Positions 42,179 to 53,924 of a stretch of 64,000 nucleotides of DNA are shown here, one piece after another. Position 1 is the first letter of the stretch. Every line of letters begins with the position of its first letter. The translations under genes were made by a program, and so were the position numbers. This DNA is from Eledone cirrhosa (Eukaryota): positions 19,344,001 through 19,408,000 of the forward strand of contig OZ024766.1 in assembly GCA_964016885.1 (NCBI GenBank), given 5' to 3'. Under the pieces are notes generated by a model. That model did not search any database. It was not told the DNA's origin and saw only the letters and a list, made by a program, of their open reading frames with translations.

Positions 42179-42220
42179 AGATAGAAAGACAGATAGATAG
42201 GTAGAGAGATAGATTGATAG

Positions 42221-42251
<31 letters not shown>

Positions 42252-42284
42252 TAGACAAATAGAGAGATAGATAGACAAGGAGAG

Positions 42285-42342
<58 letters not shown>

Positions 42343-42403
42343 TAGACAAATAGATCGATAGAGAGATAGATAGACAAAGAGATAGAGAGAGAGAGAGAGA
42401 TTG

Positions 42404-42440
<37 letters not shown>

Positions 42441-42803
42441 TCGATAGAGAGATAGATTGATAGAGATATATATATATAGAAGAGAGAGAGAGAGAGATAG
42501 ATAGATAGACAAAGAGATAGATATAGATAGATAGATAGAGAGATAGAGAGAGAGAGATAGAGACAAAGAGATAGAGAGATATATATAGAGAGATATATAT
42601 ATAGAGAGAGAGATAAATACGTACACATATGTGTGTATATATAGTGCATATATACACACGAGCGTTTAAGTATAACAGACGGACCAAGAAAGGAATTTAG
42701 TAGAAACATGGACTATAATATAGTTAAACGCCTGAATATAAGATGTGGAGGCGAAATATTAATAAAATATATGAGAAAGGGAGAAGAAATAGCGTTACTT
42801 TAC

Positions 42804-42840
42804 CATTCATGTTGGCACGACCATTTCTCCAGTCCGCCAT
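42804..42840 (-). CDS. BET1L: BET1-like Golgi Qc-SNARE (GS15), exon 1
   Basis: caaaATG gives MADWRNGRANMN+G|gtaaag; the MADW N-terminus matches vertebrate BET1L. Confidence 0.88.
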
Positions 42841-43819
42841 TTTGAACACGCAGGTACTCTGGCAACAATACGAGTTGCCTCCCCTTCCGTCTAGAATAAT
42901 TCTTTCTATTCAAAACGGCTACCAGTGCATTGACGGAATCGGTAGAGCGGCGGACGCCATGCTTTGCAGCATAGAGTTATGGCCCCTTCCCCCTTTACTG
43001 TCCGAGTTCAAATCCCGCCGAGGTTAACTCTGCTTTTCGCCCTCTTCTTCTTATCGCGTCCGTCCACAAGGGGGGTGTCGTCGGTTATAAAGCTTGGCTA
43101 GGTGTGGTTCCACCACAGCTGAACACATTGCTGTCCTCGTGTCCACAAGGGGGGGGGGTTTACAAAGCTTGGCTAGGTGTGGTTCCACCACATCTGAACA
43201 CATTGCTGTCCTCGTGTCCACATAGGGGGGTGGGAGGTGTTTACAAAGCTTGGCTAGGTGTGGTTCCACCACAGCTGAACACATTGCTGTCCTCATTGAA
43301 CCACAGACTACGCAGTATCTCCTGATATGACCCCCCCTGCTGGAACACCTATAACGGCGGCGAAGATTCGAAACCGAATCTGAGCTTACCCGCCTCTGGG
43401 ACAAGCCGTGGTAACTTGTCTACGCTCAAGAGACTAACCCCTTGGGAGAGGCTAAACGCAGGTCAGCGGTGTTTACGCCTGACAGAAAATAGGTCAGAGG
43501 ATATATCCATCTTTCTGACTTGTTTACGCTTGGCAAACTAATCCCTTGGGAGACTAACCAAAGTTTAGAGGATATATCTATCCTTCTAAATTCAACTCTT
43601 ATAAAGACAGGGGTTGTTTACGCCAAAAACAGAAAAGAAGTGAGATACAGACAAGACGAATCTCATTTGCAGTCACGAAAAACCAGTCTGCCATTTATTC
43701 TCACCTTCCTGGCTGATCGCTGACTCCTGCAATACAAATAAGTAAATATACTGATACGCCGCACACACGCATTCATAATGAGTCCAGCATTTGTACACGT
43801 ATCATTCATTTCTGTTTTG

Positions 43820-43998
43820 GCAGTATCGGTAGAGGGTCGGACGCCATGCTTTCCAGCATAGTTATGTCCCTTTACGATCTGAGTTCAAATCCCGCCGAGG
43901 TTGACTTTGCCTTTCATCCTTACGGGGTCGATAAAATAAAGTACTAGTAATGCACTGGGTAATTGCTGGCCTTGTGCCTAAAGTAGAAACAATTATAA
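43820..43998 (+). mobile_element. tRNA-derived SINE family C (Meta-domain-like core); other copies at about 24550-24725, 33010-33120, 33737-34138 (77-bp tandem of its tail), 42935-43045, 44335-44485 and 50812-50900
   Basis: B box GAGTTCAAATCCC followed by gcctttcatccttacggggtcgataaaataaagtaccag. Confidence 0.75.
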
Positions 43999-45126
43999 TC
44001 GTATTCTGTGATATTTGAATTTACGTGGCCCGAAGAGCCACCAAATTATTGTATGAATATTTTGTGTCAATTATTTTATCATTCAATAATCAAATTGAAT
44101 ATTGTGGTAATAAAATAAACTTTGTAACAACACTCCTGGTATTTTTATTTACACTGAAACCACCATACCAACAGTTACATCCATCCATCCACTTGTCGTT
44201 ACAACCACACATAGTATTCCGTTACACACCCCCTGCATAGCATTGGACTTGGCAGAGTTTAATGAGAAAGGACAGCAATGTGTTCAGCTGTGGTGGAACC
44301 ACGTCTAGCCAAGCCATCTAGCACACACTCTTGTCGAACGCCATGCTTTGTAGCAAGCATGGAGTTGCGGCCCTTTAGGTTCCGAGTTAAAACCTTCTCT
44401 CTCTCCCCCCCCCCCCTTCCCAGGTTAACTTTGCCTTTCGTCCTTACAGGATCGATAAACTAAAGTACCAGTAATGCACTAGGGTAAAGCGAGAGAAAGA
44501 AGAGAAAGAGATAAAGAGAGAGATTGTTCATAACAAAAGCCTGTCAAGGGGAGATAATACACCGTCAGTCGAGAGATGAGCAGACGCTTCACATAGGCCC
44601 AACATTTTCCTTCAGACACCAATAAGTGCCTCTTATACGATTTACTTCATCGATTTTAAGTATACTGTAAGCTTTCTTTATATTATTGATTCCAATTTTT
44701 TTTAATGTCGCCTTTTAAACAAATTTTCCCACCGTAAAAAAAATCTTACGGAAATTACCGAAGACGTCGACGACGACTTCCGTAAACAAGTTTCACGTAA
44801 ACATTTTTATTAATTTCAAAAATGTTTTTAGAAAAAAAGTTTTTAAAAGGTTGTTTAACGTTGATGTAGGGAAGCCCCTGTGAAGCAGGTCCGTCTTATT
44901 ACAGCATTCCAGTCGTGGCCATAGTCCTCTGCTTACGTTTTTCTTTTAAGACACTACGTTCGAAGTTCTGTGGGCGTGTATCTATGATTAGAAGGAAGTG
45001 TGTTTGGCTGTTGTTTCTAGCATGGTTCCGTGATCACATACCATGTTAGAGATGTGGGACCAGGCAGGGGTAACCCCTTTTTCCCATTAGTGGGCCGCAC
45101 TAACGCACTAATTATATATATATATA

Positions 45127-46769
45127 GGCATTGGTAAAATATGACGTCCGGGAAAGTGAAACTAGTTTTTCTGACAAGTGAATGTGTTTGTTTTTTTGTT
45201 TTTTTTACAATGAAATTTACGATACACTCTTTGTTTATTTACAACAGGTCTCTATAGTGATATGGTGTTAATTAGTATTGCGTGTGTGATTATTTTTTCT
45301 TTTTCTTTTTTTGTGTATTGTGTGTACGGAAAATTATACTTACCTTATCAACATCCTATACTTACCTTATCAACATCCTATACTTACCTTATCAGCATCC
45401 TATACTTACCTTATCAACATCCTTATTAGACCGTATAAATAGCTGAAATACAGTTGATCATCTCGCCAAACTTGTTGGCACCAACTCTCTGCCGCCAAAG
45501 AAATTCAGCTAAATACGAGGGGAATAAAGCGTCGCTTGTCCCATGTTGTCGACGAAGCTTCTTCTTCGCACGGCTCCAGGTGTTCCCTATGAGTTGTGTG
45601 GGCACATTAGGGTCTTCAGGATCGACAAAGTTCCGTTGGTGCACAACAACATCATGGAGGTAAATGCCACCTTGAATTTCCTCAATATCTCTGACCCAAA
45701 TCCCTTATCATTCACTGTCCTTCTTATGACCCGGCCTTAATTTCTTTGGGGGACAGAAAGTTGGTGCCAACTTTGGCAAGATATTACAAAAACATCTAAA
45801 CGATGATGATGACAAAAACTCATATATATATATACAAACACACATATATATATATATATACATACAGACACACATATATATACACACATATACACACCCA
45901 CACATATATATATATACATACAGACACACATATATATATACACACATATACACACCCACACACATATATATATACATACAGACACACATATATATACACA
46001 CATATACACACCCACACATATATATATATACATACAGGCACACATATATATACACACATATACACACCCACACATATATATACATACATACAGACACACA
46101 TATATATATATAAGAGAAAATAATCACACACGCAATACAGTTTGTTTATTTACAACAGGTCTCTATAGTGATATGGTGTTAATTAGTATTGCGTGTGTGA
46201 TTATTTTCTCTTATATATATATGTGTGGGTGTGTATATGTGTGTATATATATGTGTGTCTGTATGTATATATATATATATGTGTGTTTGGATATATATAT
46301 GAGTTTTTGTCATCATCATCGTTTAGATGTTTTTACCCAAATCCCTTATCATTCTCTGTCCTTCTTATGACCCGGCCTTAATTTGTTTATAGTTGGTGCC
46401 AACTTTGGCAAGATATTACAAAAACATCTAAACGATGATGCTGACACAAACACATATATATATACAAACACACATATATATATATACATACAGACACATA
46501 TATATACACACATATACACACCCACACATATATATATATACATACAGACACACATATATATACACACATATACACACCCACACATATATATATATATATA
46601 AGAGAAAATAATCACACACGCAATACTAATTAACACCATATCACTATAGAGACCTGTTGTAAATAAACAAAGAGTGTATCGTAAATTTCATTGTAAAAAA
46701 ACAAACAAACACATTCACTTGTCAGAAAAACTAGTTTCAATTTCGAGGACGTTATATTTTACCAATGCC
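45127..46769. mobile_element. Defective Merlin (IS1595/ISXO2-like) DNA transposon with terminal inverted repeats of about 165 bp
   Basis: TIR GGCATTGGTAAAATAT... / ...ATATTTTACCAATGCC with TATATATA on both flanks; minus-strand remnant 45426-45690 reads FVDP...TQLIGNTWSRAK...G......YLAEFLWR. Confidence 0.82.
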
Positions 46770-46781
46770 TATATATATATA

Positions 46782-46885
46782 GGAACAAGTAGGACCCCGA
46801 CGGCTGAGTTCAAGCCGTTTCGACGGCTAATTCTGGACTAAAATGATTTTAGTCCAGAATTAGCCGTCGGGGTCCTACTTGTTCC
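46782..46885. mobile_element. 104-bp near-perfect palindrome, probable MITE
   Basis: ggaacaagtaggaccccgacggct ... agccgtcggggtcctacttgttcc, with inner stem cgacggctaattctggactaaaat-g-attttagtccagaattagccgtcg and TA on both flanks. Confidence 0.7.
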
Positions 46886-46992
46886 TATTACCCACTCTAC
46901 TACCCTAAGTATTGAGTACTTTGGTGCGTTATGGTCCATCTGGTTCCTTACCACATTTCGTTATATATATATATATATATAACGAAGGAATT

Positions 46993-47947
46993 GTGGTATG
47001 GACATGTGATGTGTTGAGAGAGAAACTGTGTATAAGAGGGATAAGTTGTGGTGTGTGGGAGAGAAGACTGAGATGGTATGGACATGTGATGAGTTGAGAG
47101 AGAAACTGTGTATAAGAGGGATAAGTTGTAGTGTGTGGGAGAGAAGACTGAGGTGGTATGGACATTTGATGTGTTGAGAGAGAAACTGTGTCTGAGAGGG
47201 ATAGAATGTAGTGTACGGGAGAGGAGACAGATGGTATGGACATGTGGTGTGTTGAGAGAGAAACTGTCTATAAGAGGGATTAGTTGTAGTGTGTGGGAGA
47301 GAAGACTAAGGTGGTATGGACATGTGATGTGTTGAGAGAGAAACTGTGTATAAGAGGGATAAGTTATGGTGTGTGGGAGAGAAGACTGAGGTGGTATGGA
47401 CATGTGATGTGTTGAGAGAGAAACTGTGTATAAGAGGGATAAGTTATGGTGTGTGGGAGAGAAGACTGAGGTGGTATGGACATGTGATGTGTTGAGAGAG
47501 AAACTGTCTATAAGAGGGATAAGTTGTAGTGTGTGGGAGAGAAGACTGAGGTGGTATGGACATGTGATGTGTTGAGAGAGAAACTGTCTAAAAGAGGGAT
47601 AAGTTGTGGTGTGTGGGAGAGAAGACTGAGATGGTATAGACATGTGATGTGTTGAGAGAGAAACTGGGTATAAGAGGGATAAGTTGTAGTGTGTGGGAGA
47701 GGAGACTGAGGTGGTATGGACATGTGATGCACATGGAGGATGACTGATGGGTAAAGAAGTGCCAGGAAATGCCAGTAGAGGTATACCATGAAAAACATGG
47801 GCGGAGGTGGTGAGAACAGACCTCAGATCGCTGAAGCTCACGGTGGAGATGACGAAGGACCGTGACAAGTGGAGAGATGCTGTGCTGAATAAGACCCGTC
47901 CCACCCTTGCAAGCAGGGAAGAGTGGACGTAAAATGATGATGATGAT
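46993..47947 (+). mobile_element. RTE 3' end whose 5' part is amplified as about 9 tandem 80-bp units
   Basis: The unit encodes VLREKLCIRGISCGVWERRLRWYGHVM (80-bp period at 47311, 47391, 47471, 47551), then continues into the RTE tail and (GAT)n. Confidence 0.85.
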
Positions 47948-47955
47948 ATATATAT

Positions 47956-48448
47956 CATTTTCATTTCATTTCATTTTTTACGTCCGCTTTTTCCCTGCTT
48001 GCAAGGGTGGGACGGGAACTGATTCTGGCTTGATTTCTACAGCTGGATGCCCTTCCTAACACCAACCTCATTTACAGTGAGTGCTGGGTGCTTTTTTGCC
48101 GTGGCACCTCCACGACCACTTTACAGTGAGGGCTGGGTGCTTTTTTGCCATGGCACCTCCACGACCACTTTACAGTGTGTGCTGGGTGCTTTTTTTGCCA
48201 TTGCACCTCCACGACCACTTTACAGTGAGTGCTGGGTGCTTTTTTTGCAGTGGCACCTCCACGACCACTTTGCAGTTGAATGATAGGGACCCCAGTCCCT
48301 ATCATCTCATTTCTACAGCTGAGTAAACTGGAGCGATGTGAAATAAAGTGTCTTGCTCAAGGAAACAACACATCACCCAGTCTGAGAATTGAACTCACAA
48401 CCTTTCGATTGCAAGGCCAATGCTCTAACAACTAAGCCATGTGCCTCC
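47956..48448 (-). mobile_element. SINE family A, full copy (about 4 VNTR units)
   Basis: Same head, VNTR and tail as 974-1852. Confidence 0.85.
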
Positions 48449-48457
48449 ATATATATA

Positions 48458-49170
48458 TCATCATCATCATCATCATCATCAGGTTTAGCGTCCGTGTTCC
48501 ACGCTTGCATGGGTTTGGACGGGGGTTTTCCCACTTGAGGCAAGAGTGGTTGTCTTGCTCGCATAGGACTGTCTGGCGGGTTTTCTACAGTTGGATGCCC
48601 TTCCTAACACCAACCACATTTACAGTGTGGGGCTGGGAGGTTTTTACCGTGTTGCCTACATGGCCACATTACAGCGTGGACTGTCTGGCGGGTTTTCTAC
48701 AGCTGGATGCCCTTCCTAACACCAACCACATTTACAGTGTGGGGCTGGGAGGTTTTTACTGTGTTGCCTACACGGCCACATTACAGCGTGGACTGTCTGG
48801 TGGGTTTTCTACAGCTGGATGCCCTTCCTAACACCACCACATTTACAGTGTGGACTGGGAGGTTTTTACCGTGTTGCCTACACGGCCACATTTACAGCGT
48901 GGACTGTGTGTTTTTTTGTCGTGACACCTACACGACCTCATTTGTTTCGGCCTGGATGTTGTGGGACCAACATAACTTTACATTGAAAGGGGCGGTGTGG
49001 GTGGGGTGGAGGTGGTGGGACGGGGGTGTGTTTTGATAGAGATGCCTACTGACTGTAGTAGGTTTTTACTTTGTATTTAGGTAAGGCGGGTCTTCTCTGT
49101 TACTGAGTACCGCCAAAGGTCTCGGTCCAGTGACATTGTCTTGGAGAGGTGTAAGCGTGTGAGGTCGGAA
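48458..49170 (-). mobile_element. SINE-like family B; other copies at about 1-181, 17553-18137, 40020-40350 and 50968-51960
   Basis: Dispersed near-identical copies with a (GAT)n tail and internal tandem duplications of roughly 118 bp containing ggatgcccttcctaacaccaacc. Confidence 0.75.
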
Positions 49171-49381
49171 TTTATCAGCTCGTCCCATGTTTTTCTGGGT
49201 CTGCCTACTCCGTGGCTACCGTCTATCTTTATTGCCCTATATGTAAATATATTTGTGTCTTCTTCCTCACCTGTATGTCAACTCTGTATCTAACCATCAT
49301 AATCTCACGTGCAGGCCGATCTTCAATTCTCGTCTACAACCCGTTGCTTAGTGCCTTTCACCTGAAGACACCAATTGCACA

Positions 49382-49534
49382 ATGTCTAATAACAGCACAG
49401 GTGATCTCGTTAAGCCAATCTACAAGAACGGTAGGTATGATAATCCATTCCCAAACTGGAGACTACCGAGTTACTGGAATACTATGAAATGGCTACTGAT
49501 GACTAAAGACAACAGTAATATACCCAGGAAACAG
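49382..49534 (+). CDS. NAPEPLD: N-acyl-phosphatidylethanolamine phospholipase D, coding exon 1
   Basis: MSNNSTGDLVKPIYKNGRYDNPFPNWRLPSYWNTMKWLLMTKDNSNIPRKQ|gtatgt; GRxxNPxPxW motif of NAPE-PLD; an in-frame TAG lies upstream of the ATG. Confidence 0.87.
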
Positions 49535-49806
49535 GTATGTAGTGATGGTCAGTGTTGGATTTACCTGTAAACTAAATAAGGTATAGCTTAGGGTCACACA
49601 TCCTCTGGGGCTACATTTGGAGTTGGGCCACTGACAGTGAAGTTCTTATCTTCACTGGCAGGTGAGGTATCAGGTGATGCCTGAGAGGGTGCTTGGCTGT
49701 TTCACTGTTTCACTGTCTTAGCCTTGCCATCACCTCACCTTACTGGGGTGTCAGGTGATGCCTGTGAGGGTGCCTGGCTATTTCAGTCTCTTAGACTCAC
49801 CATCAC

Positions 49807-50811
49807 CTCACATAACATTTACATTACTCTATATATACTATTGTATTGTCACAGTAAAGGCTTTACCTCACATAATACCTCACATAACATTTACATTACT
49901 CTATATATACTATTGTATTGTCACAGTAAAGGCTTTACCTCACATAATATCTCACATAACATTTACATTACTCTATATATACTATTGTATTGTCACAGTA
50001 AAGGCTTTACCTCACATAATATCTCACATAACATTTACATTACTCTATATATACTATTGTATTGTCACAGTAAAGGCTTTACCCCACATAATATCTCACA
50101 TAACATTTACATTACTCTATATATACTATTGTATTGTCACAGTAAAGGATTTACCTCACATAATATCTCACATAACATTTACATTACTCTATATATACTA
50201 TTGTATTGTCACAGTAAAGGCTTTACCTCACATAATACCTCACATAACATTTACATTACTCTATATATACTATTGTATTGTCACAGTAAAGGCTTTACCC
50301 CACATAATATCTCACATAACATTTACATTACTCTATATATACTATTGTATTGTCACAGTAAAGGCTTTACCTCACATAATATCATACATAACATTTACAT
50401 TACTCTATATATACTATTGTATTGTCACAGTAAAGGCTTTACCTCACATAATACCTCACATAACATTACATTACTCTATATATACTATTGTATTGTCACA
50501 GTAAAGGCTTTACCTCACATAATACCTCACATAACATTTACATTACTCTATATATACTATTGTATTGTCACAGTAAAGGCTTTACCCCACATAATATCTC
50601 ACATAACATGTACATTACTCTATATATACTATTGTATTGTCACAGTAAAGGCTTTACCTCACATAACATTACATTACTCTATATATACTATTGTATTGTC
50701 ACAGTAAAGGCTTTACCTCACATAATACCTCACATAACATCTACATTACTCTATATATACTATTGTATTGTCACAGTAAAGGCTTTACCTCACATAATAT
50801 CTCACATAACA
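49807..50811. repeat. 72-bp AT-rich minisatellite (about 14 units)
   Basis: cacataacat recurs at 49809 and 49881; the same family occurs inverted at 56995-57557 and 63208-64000. Confidence 0.95.
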
Positions 50812-51987
50812 CTTTGCCTTTCATCCTTACGGGGTCGATAAAATAAAGTACCGGTAATGTACTGGGTATTTGCTGGCCTTGTGCCTAAAGTAGAAACAAT
50901 TAATTTTCTCCTAATACAGTTTATATATAATATACGAAGGGTGGTCTTTCTGCTAGTAGTGTATAATCATCATCATCATCATCGTTTAATGTCCATATTC
51001 CACGCTTGCATGGGTTTGGACGGGGGTATTCCCACTTGAGGCAAGAGTGGTTGTCTTGCTCGCTTAGGACTGTCTGGCGGGTTTTCTACGGCTGGATGCC
51101 TTTCCTAACACCAACCACATTTACAGTGTGGGACTGGGAGGTTTTTACCGTGTTACCTACACGGCCACATTACAGCGTGGACTGTGTGTTTTTTTGTCAT
51201 GACACCTATACGTTTGGCGGGTTTTCTACAGCTGGATGCCCTTCCTAACACCAACCACATTTACAGTGTGGGACTGGGAGGTTTTTACCGTGTTACCTAC
51301 ACGGTCACATTACAGCGTGGACTGTGTGTTTTTTTGTCATGACACCTATACGTTTGGCGGGTTTTCTACGGCTGGATGCCCTTCCTAACACCAACCACAT
51401 TTACAGTGTGGAACTGGGAGGTTTTTACCGTGTTACCTACACGGCCACATTACAGCGTGGACTGTGTGTTTTTTTGTCATGACACCTATACGTTTGGCGG
51501 GTTTTCTACGGCTGGATGCCCTTCCTAACACCAACCACGTTTACAGTGTGGAACTGGGAGGTTTTTACCATGTTGCCTACACGGCCACATTACAGCGTGG
51601 ACTGTTTGGCGGGTTTTCTACGGCTGGATGCCCTTCCTAACACCAACCACATTTACAGTGTGGACTGGGAGGTTTTTACCGTGTTGCCTACACGGCCACA
51701 TTACAGTGTGGACTGTGTGTTTTTTTGTCGTGACACCTACACGACCTCATTTGTTTCGGGCTGGATGTTGTGACACCAACATAACTTTACATTGAAAGGG
51801 GTGGTGTGGATGGGTTGGGGGTAGTGGGACGGGGGTGTATTTTGTTAGAGATGCCTACTGACTGTAGTAGGTTTCACTTTGCACTTAGGTAAGGCGGGTC
51901 TTCTCGATTACTGTGTAGCGCCAAAGATCTCAGTCCAGTGACATTGTCTTGGAGGGGTGTATAATATATACAGTTTTATATATGCAG

Positions 51988-52068
51988 GTATTGGATGAGA
52001 CACTGCCAATTATGATTCCCGACCCAGCAGAGCTTTCCAAACCCATTGAAGCGGGCAGCATTGAATAA
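51988..52068 (+). pseudogene. Partial duplicate of the start of NAPE-PLD exon 2, with intact acceptor, stop codon and polyA signal
   Basis: tatgcag|VLDETLPIMIPDPAELSKPIEAGSIE* versus authentic VLDKSLPIMIPDRRELSKPPEAGSIR; AATAAA at 52064-52069. Confidence 0.85.
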
Positions 52069-52145
52069 AAAAAAATAAATGAAGATTACATAATTTATCT
52101 ACTAAATTTCGTGGCTGTTCATTAAATATATTTTATTACTTATTT

Positions 52146-53260
52146 GGAGGCACATGGCTTAGTGGTTAGAGCATTGGCCTTGCAATCGAAAGGTTGTGAG
52201 TTCAATTCTCAGACCGGGTGATGTGTTGTTTCCTTGAGCAAGACACTTTATTTCACATTGCCCCAGTTTACTCAGCTGTAAAAATGAGATGATAGGGACT
52301 GGGTTCCCTATCATTCCACTGTAAAGTGGTCGTGGAGGTGCCACGGCAAAAACAGCACCCAGCCCACACTGTAAAGTGGTCGTGGAGGTGCCACGGCAAA
52401 AACAGCACCCAGCCCACACTGTAAAGTGGTCGTGGAGGTGTCACGGCAAAAAAGTACCCACCACTCATTGTAAAGTGGTCGTGGAGGTGCCACGGCAAAA
52501 AAGCACCCAGCCCACACTGTAAAGTGGTCGTGGAGGTGCCACGGCAAAAAAAGCACCCAGCCCACACTGTAAAGTGGTCGTGGAGGTGCCACGGCAAAAA
52601 AAGCACCCAGCCCACACTGTAAAGTGGTCGTGGAGGTGCCACGGCAAAAATGCACCCAGCCCACACTGTAAAGTGGTCGTGGAGGTGTCACGGCAAAAAG
52701 GCACCCACCACTCACTACAAAGTGGTCGTGGAGGTGCCACGCCAAAAAGCACCCAGCACTCACTGTAAAGTGGTCGTGGAGGTGCCACGGCAAAAAAGCA
52801 CCCAGCACTCACTGTAAAGTGGTCGTGGAGGTGCCACGGCAAAAAAGCACCCAGCACTCACTGTAAAGTGGTCGTGGAGGTGCCCAGCACTCACTGTAAA
52901 GTGGTCGTGGAGGTGCCACGGCAAAAAAAGCACCCAGCACACACTGTAAAGTGGTCGTGGAGGTGTCACGGCAAAAAAGCACCCACCACTCACTACAAAG
53001 TGGTCGTGGAGGTGTCACGGCAAAAAAGCACCCACCACTCACTACAAAGTGGTCGTGGAGGTGCCACGGCAAAAAAGCACCCAGCACTCACTGTAAAGCG
53101 GTCGTGGAGGTGCCACGGCAAAAAAACACACCCAGCACTCACTGTAAATGAGGTTGGTGTTAGGAAGGGCATCCAGCTGTAGAAATCAAGCCAGAATCAG
53201 TTCCCGTCCCACCCTTGCAAGCAGGGAAAAGCGGACATAAAATGAAATGATGATGATGAT
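52146..53260 (+). mobile_element. SINE family A, full copy (about 17 VNTR units)
   Basis: Same head, VNTR and tail as 974-1852. Confidence 0.85.
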
Positions 53261-53420
53261 TTAAAGATTCACTTCTTTAAAATTTTCAAATGTCAACACT
53301 TCCGGTTAGCGATCGCTTAAATAAACATATTAATTTTCTCCTAATACAGTTTATATATAATATACGAAAGGGTGGTTTTTCTGCTAGTAGTGTATAATAT
53401 ATACAGTTTTATATATGCAG

Positions 53421-53915
53421 GTGCTGGATAAGTCACTGCCAATTATGATTCCCGACCGAAGAGAGCTCTCCAAACCCCCGGAAGCGGGCAGCATTCGCTA
53501 TGTCTGGTTGGGGCACGCCACCACACTGGTACAATTCGATGGCGTCACCATTCTCACGGACCCCATGTTCAGCGAGCGCTGTTCGATGGTCCAGTTCGTG
53601 GGGCCGAAGCGGTTTCGCGCCGCGCCGCTCGGCGTCGCGGGCCTCCCCCACGTCGACGCCGTCCTCATCAGCCACAACCACTACGACCACCTCGACTACG
53701 GCACGGTGGTGAAGCTGCGACGGAGGTTCGGGAAGGCGGTGACGTGGTACGTGCCGTTGGGCAACGCCAGGTGGATGAGGGAGGTCGGGGGCTGCGAGGT
53801 GGTGAAGGAGATGACTTGGTGGGAGAGCGCGACGCTGCGCGGGCACCCGTCTGTACGCGTGGTGTGCACCCCGACGCAGCACTGGAGCGGAAGGGGATTA
53901 AATGATACCAACACG
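53421..53915 (+). CDS. NAPEPLD: NAPE-PLD coding exon 2 (metallo-beta-lactamase core)
   Basis: WLGHAT, ILTDPMFSER, GPKRFR, ISHNHYDHLD (HxHxDH) and PTQHWSGR motifs; tgcag acceptor, gtaggt donor, phase 0 at both ends. Confidence 0.96.
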
Positions 53916-53924
53916 GTAGGTACC

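Noticed and set aside
45337-45423. atacttacct repeats resembling the U1 snRNA 5' end or repeated splice donors
   Set aside because: Only a 10-nt match within a 22-bp tandem inside the transposon remnant; no U1 body follows.
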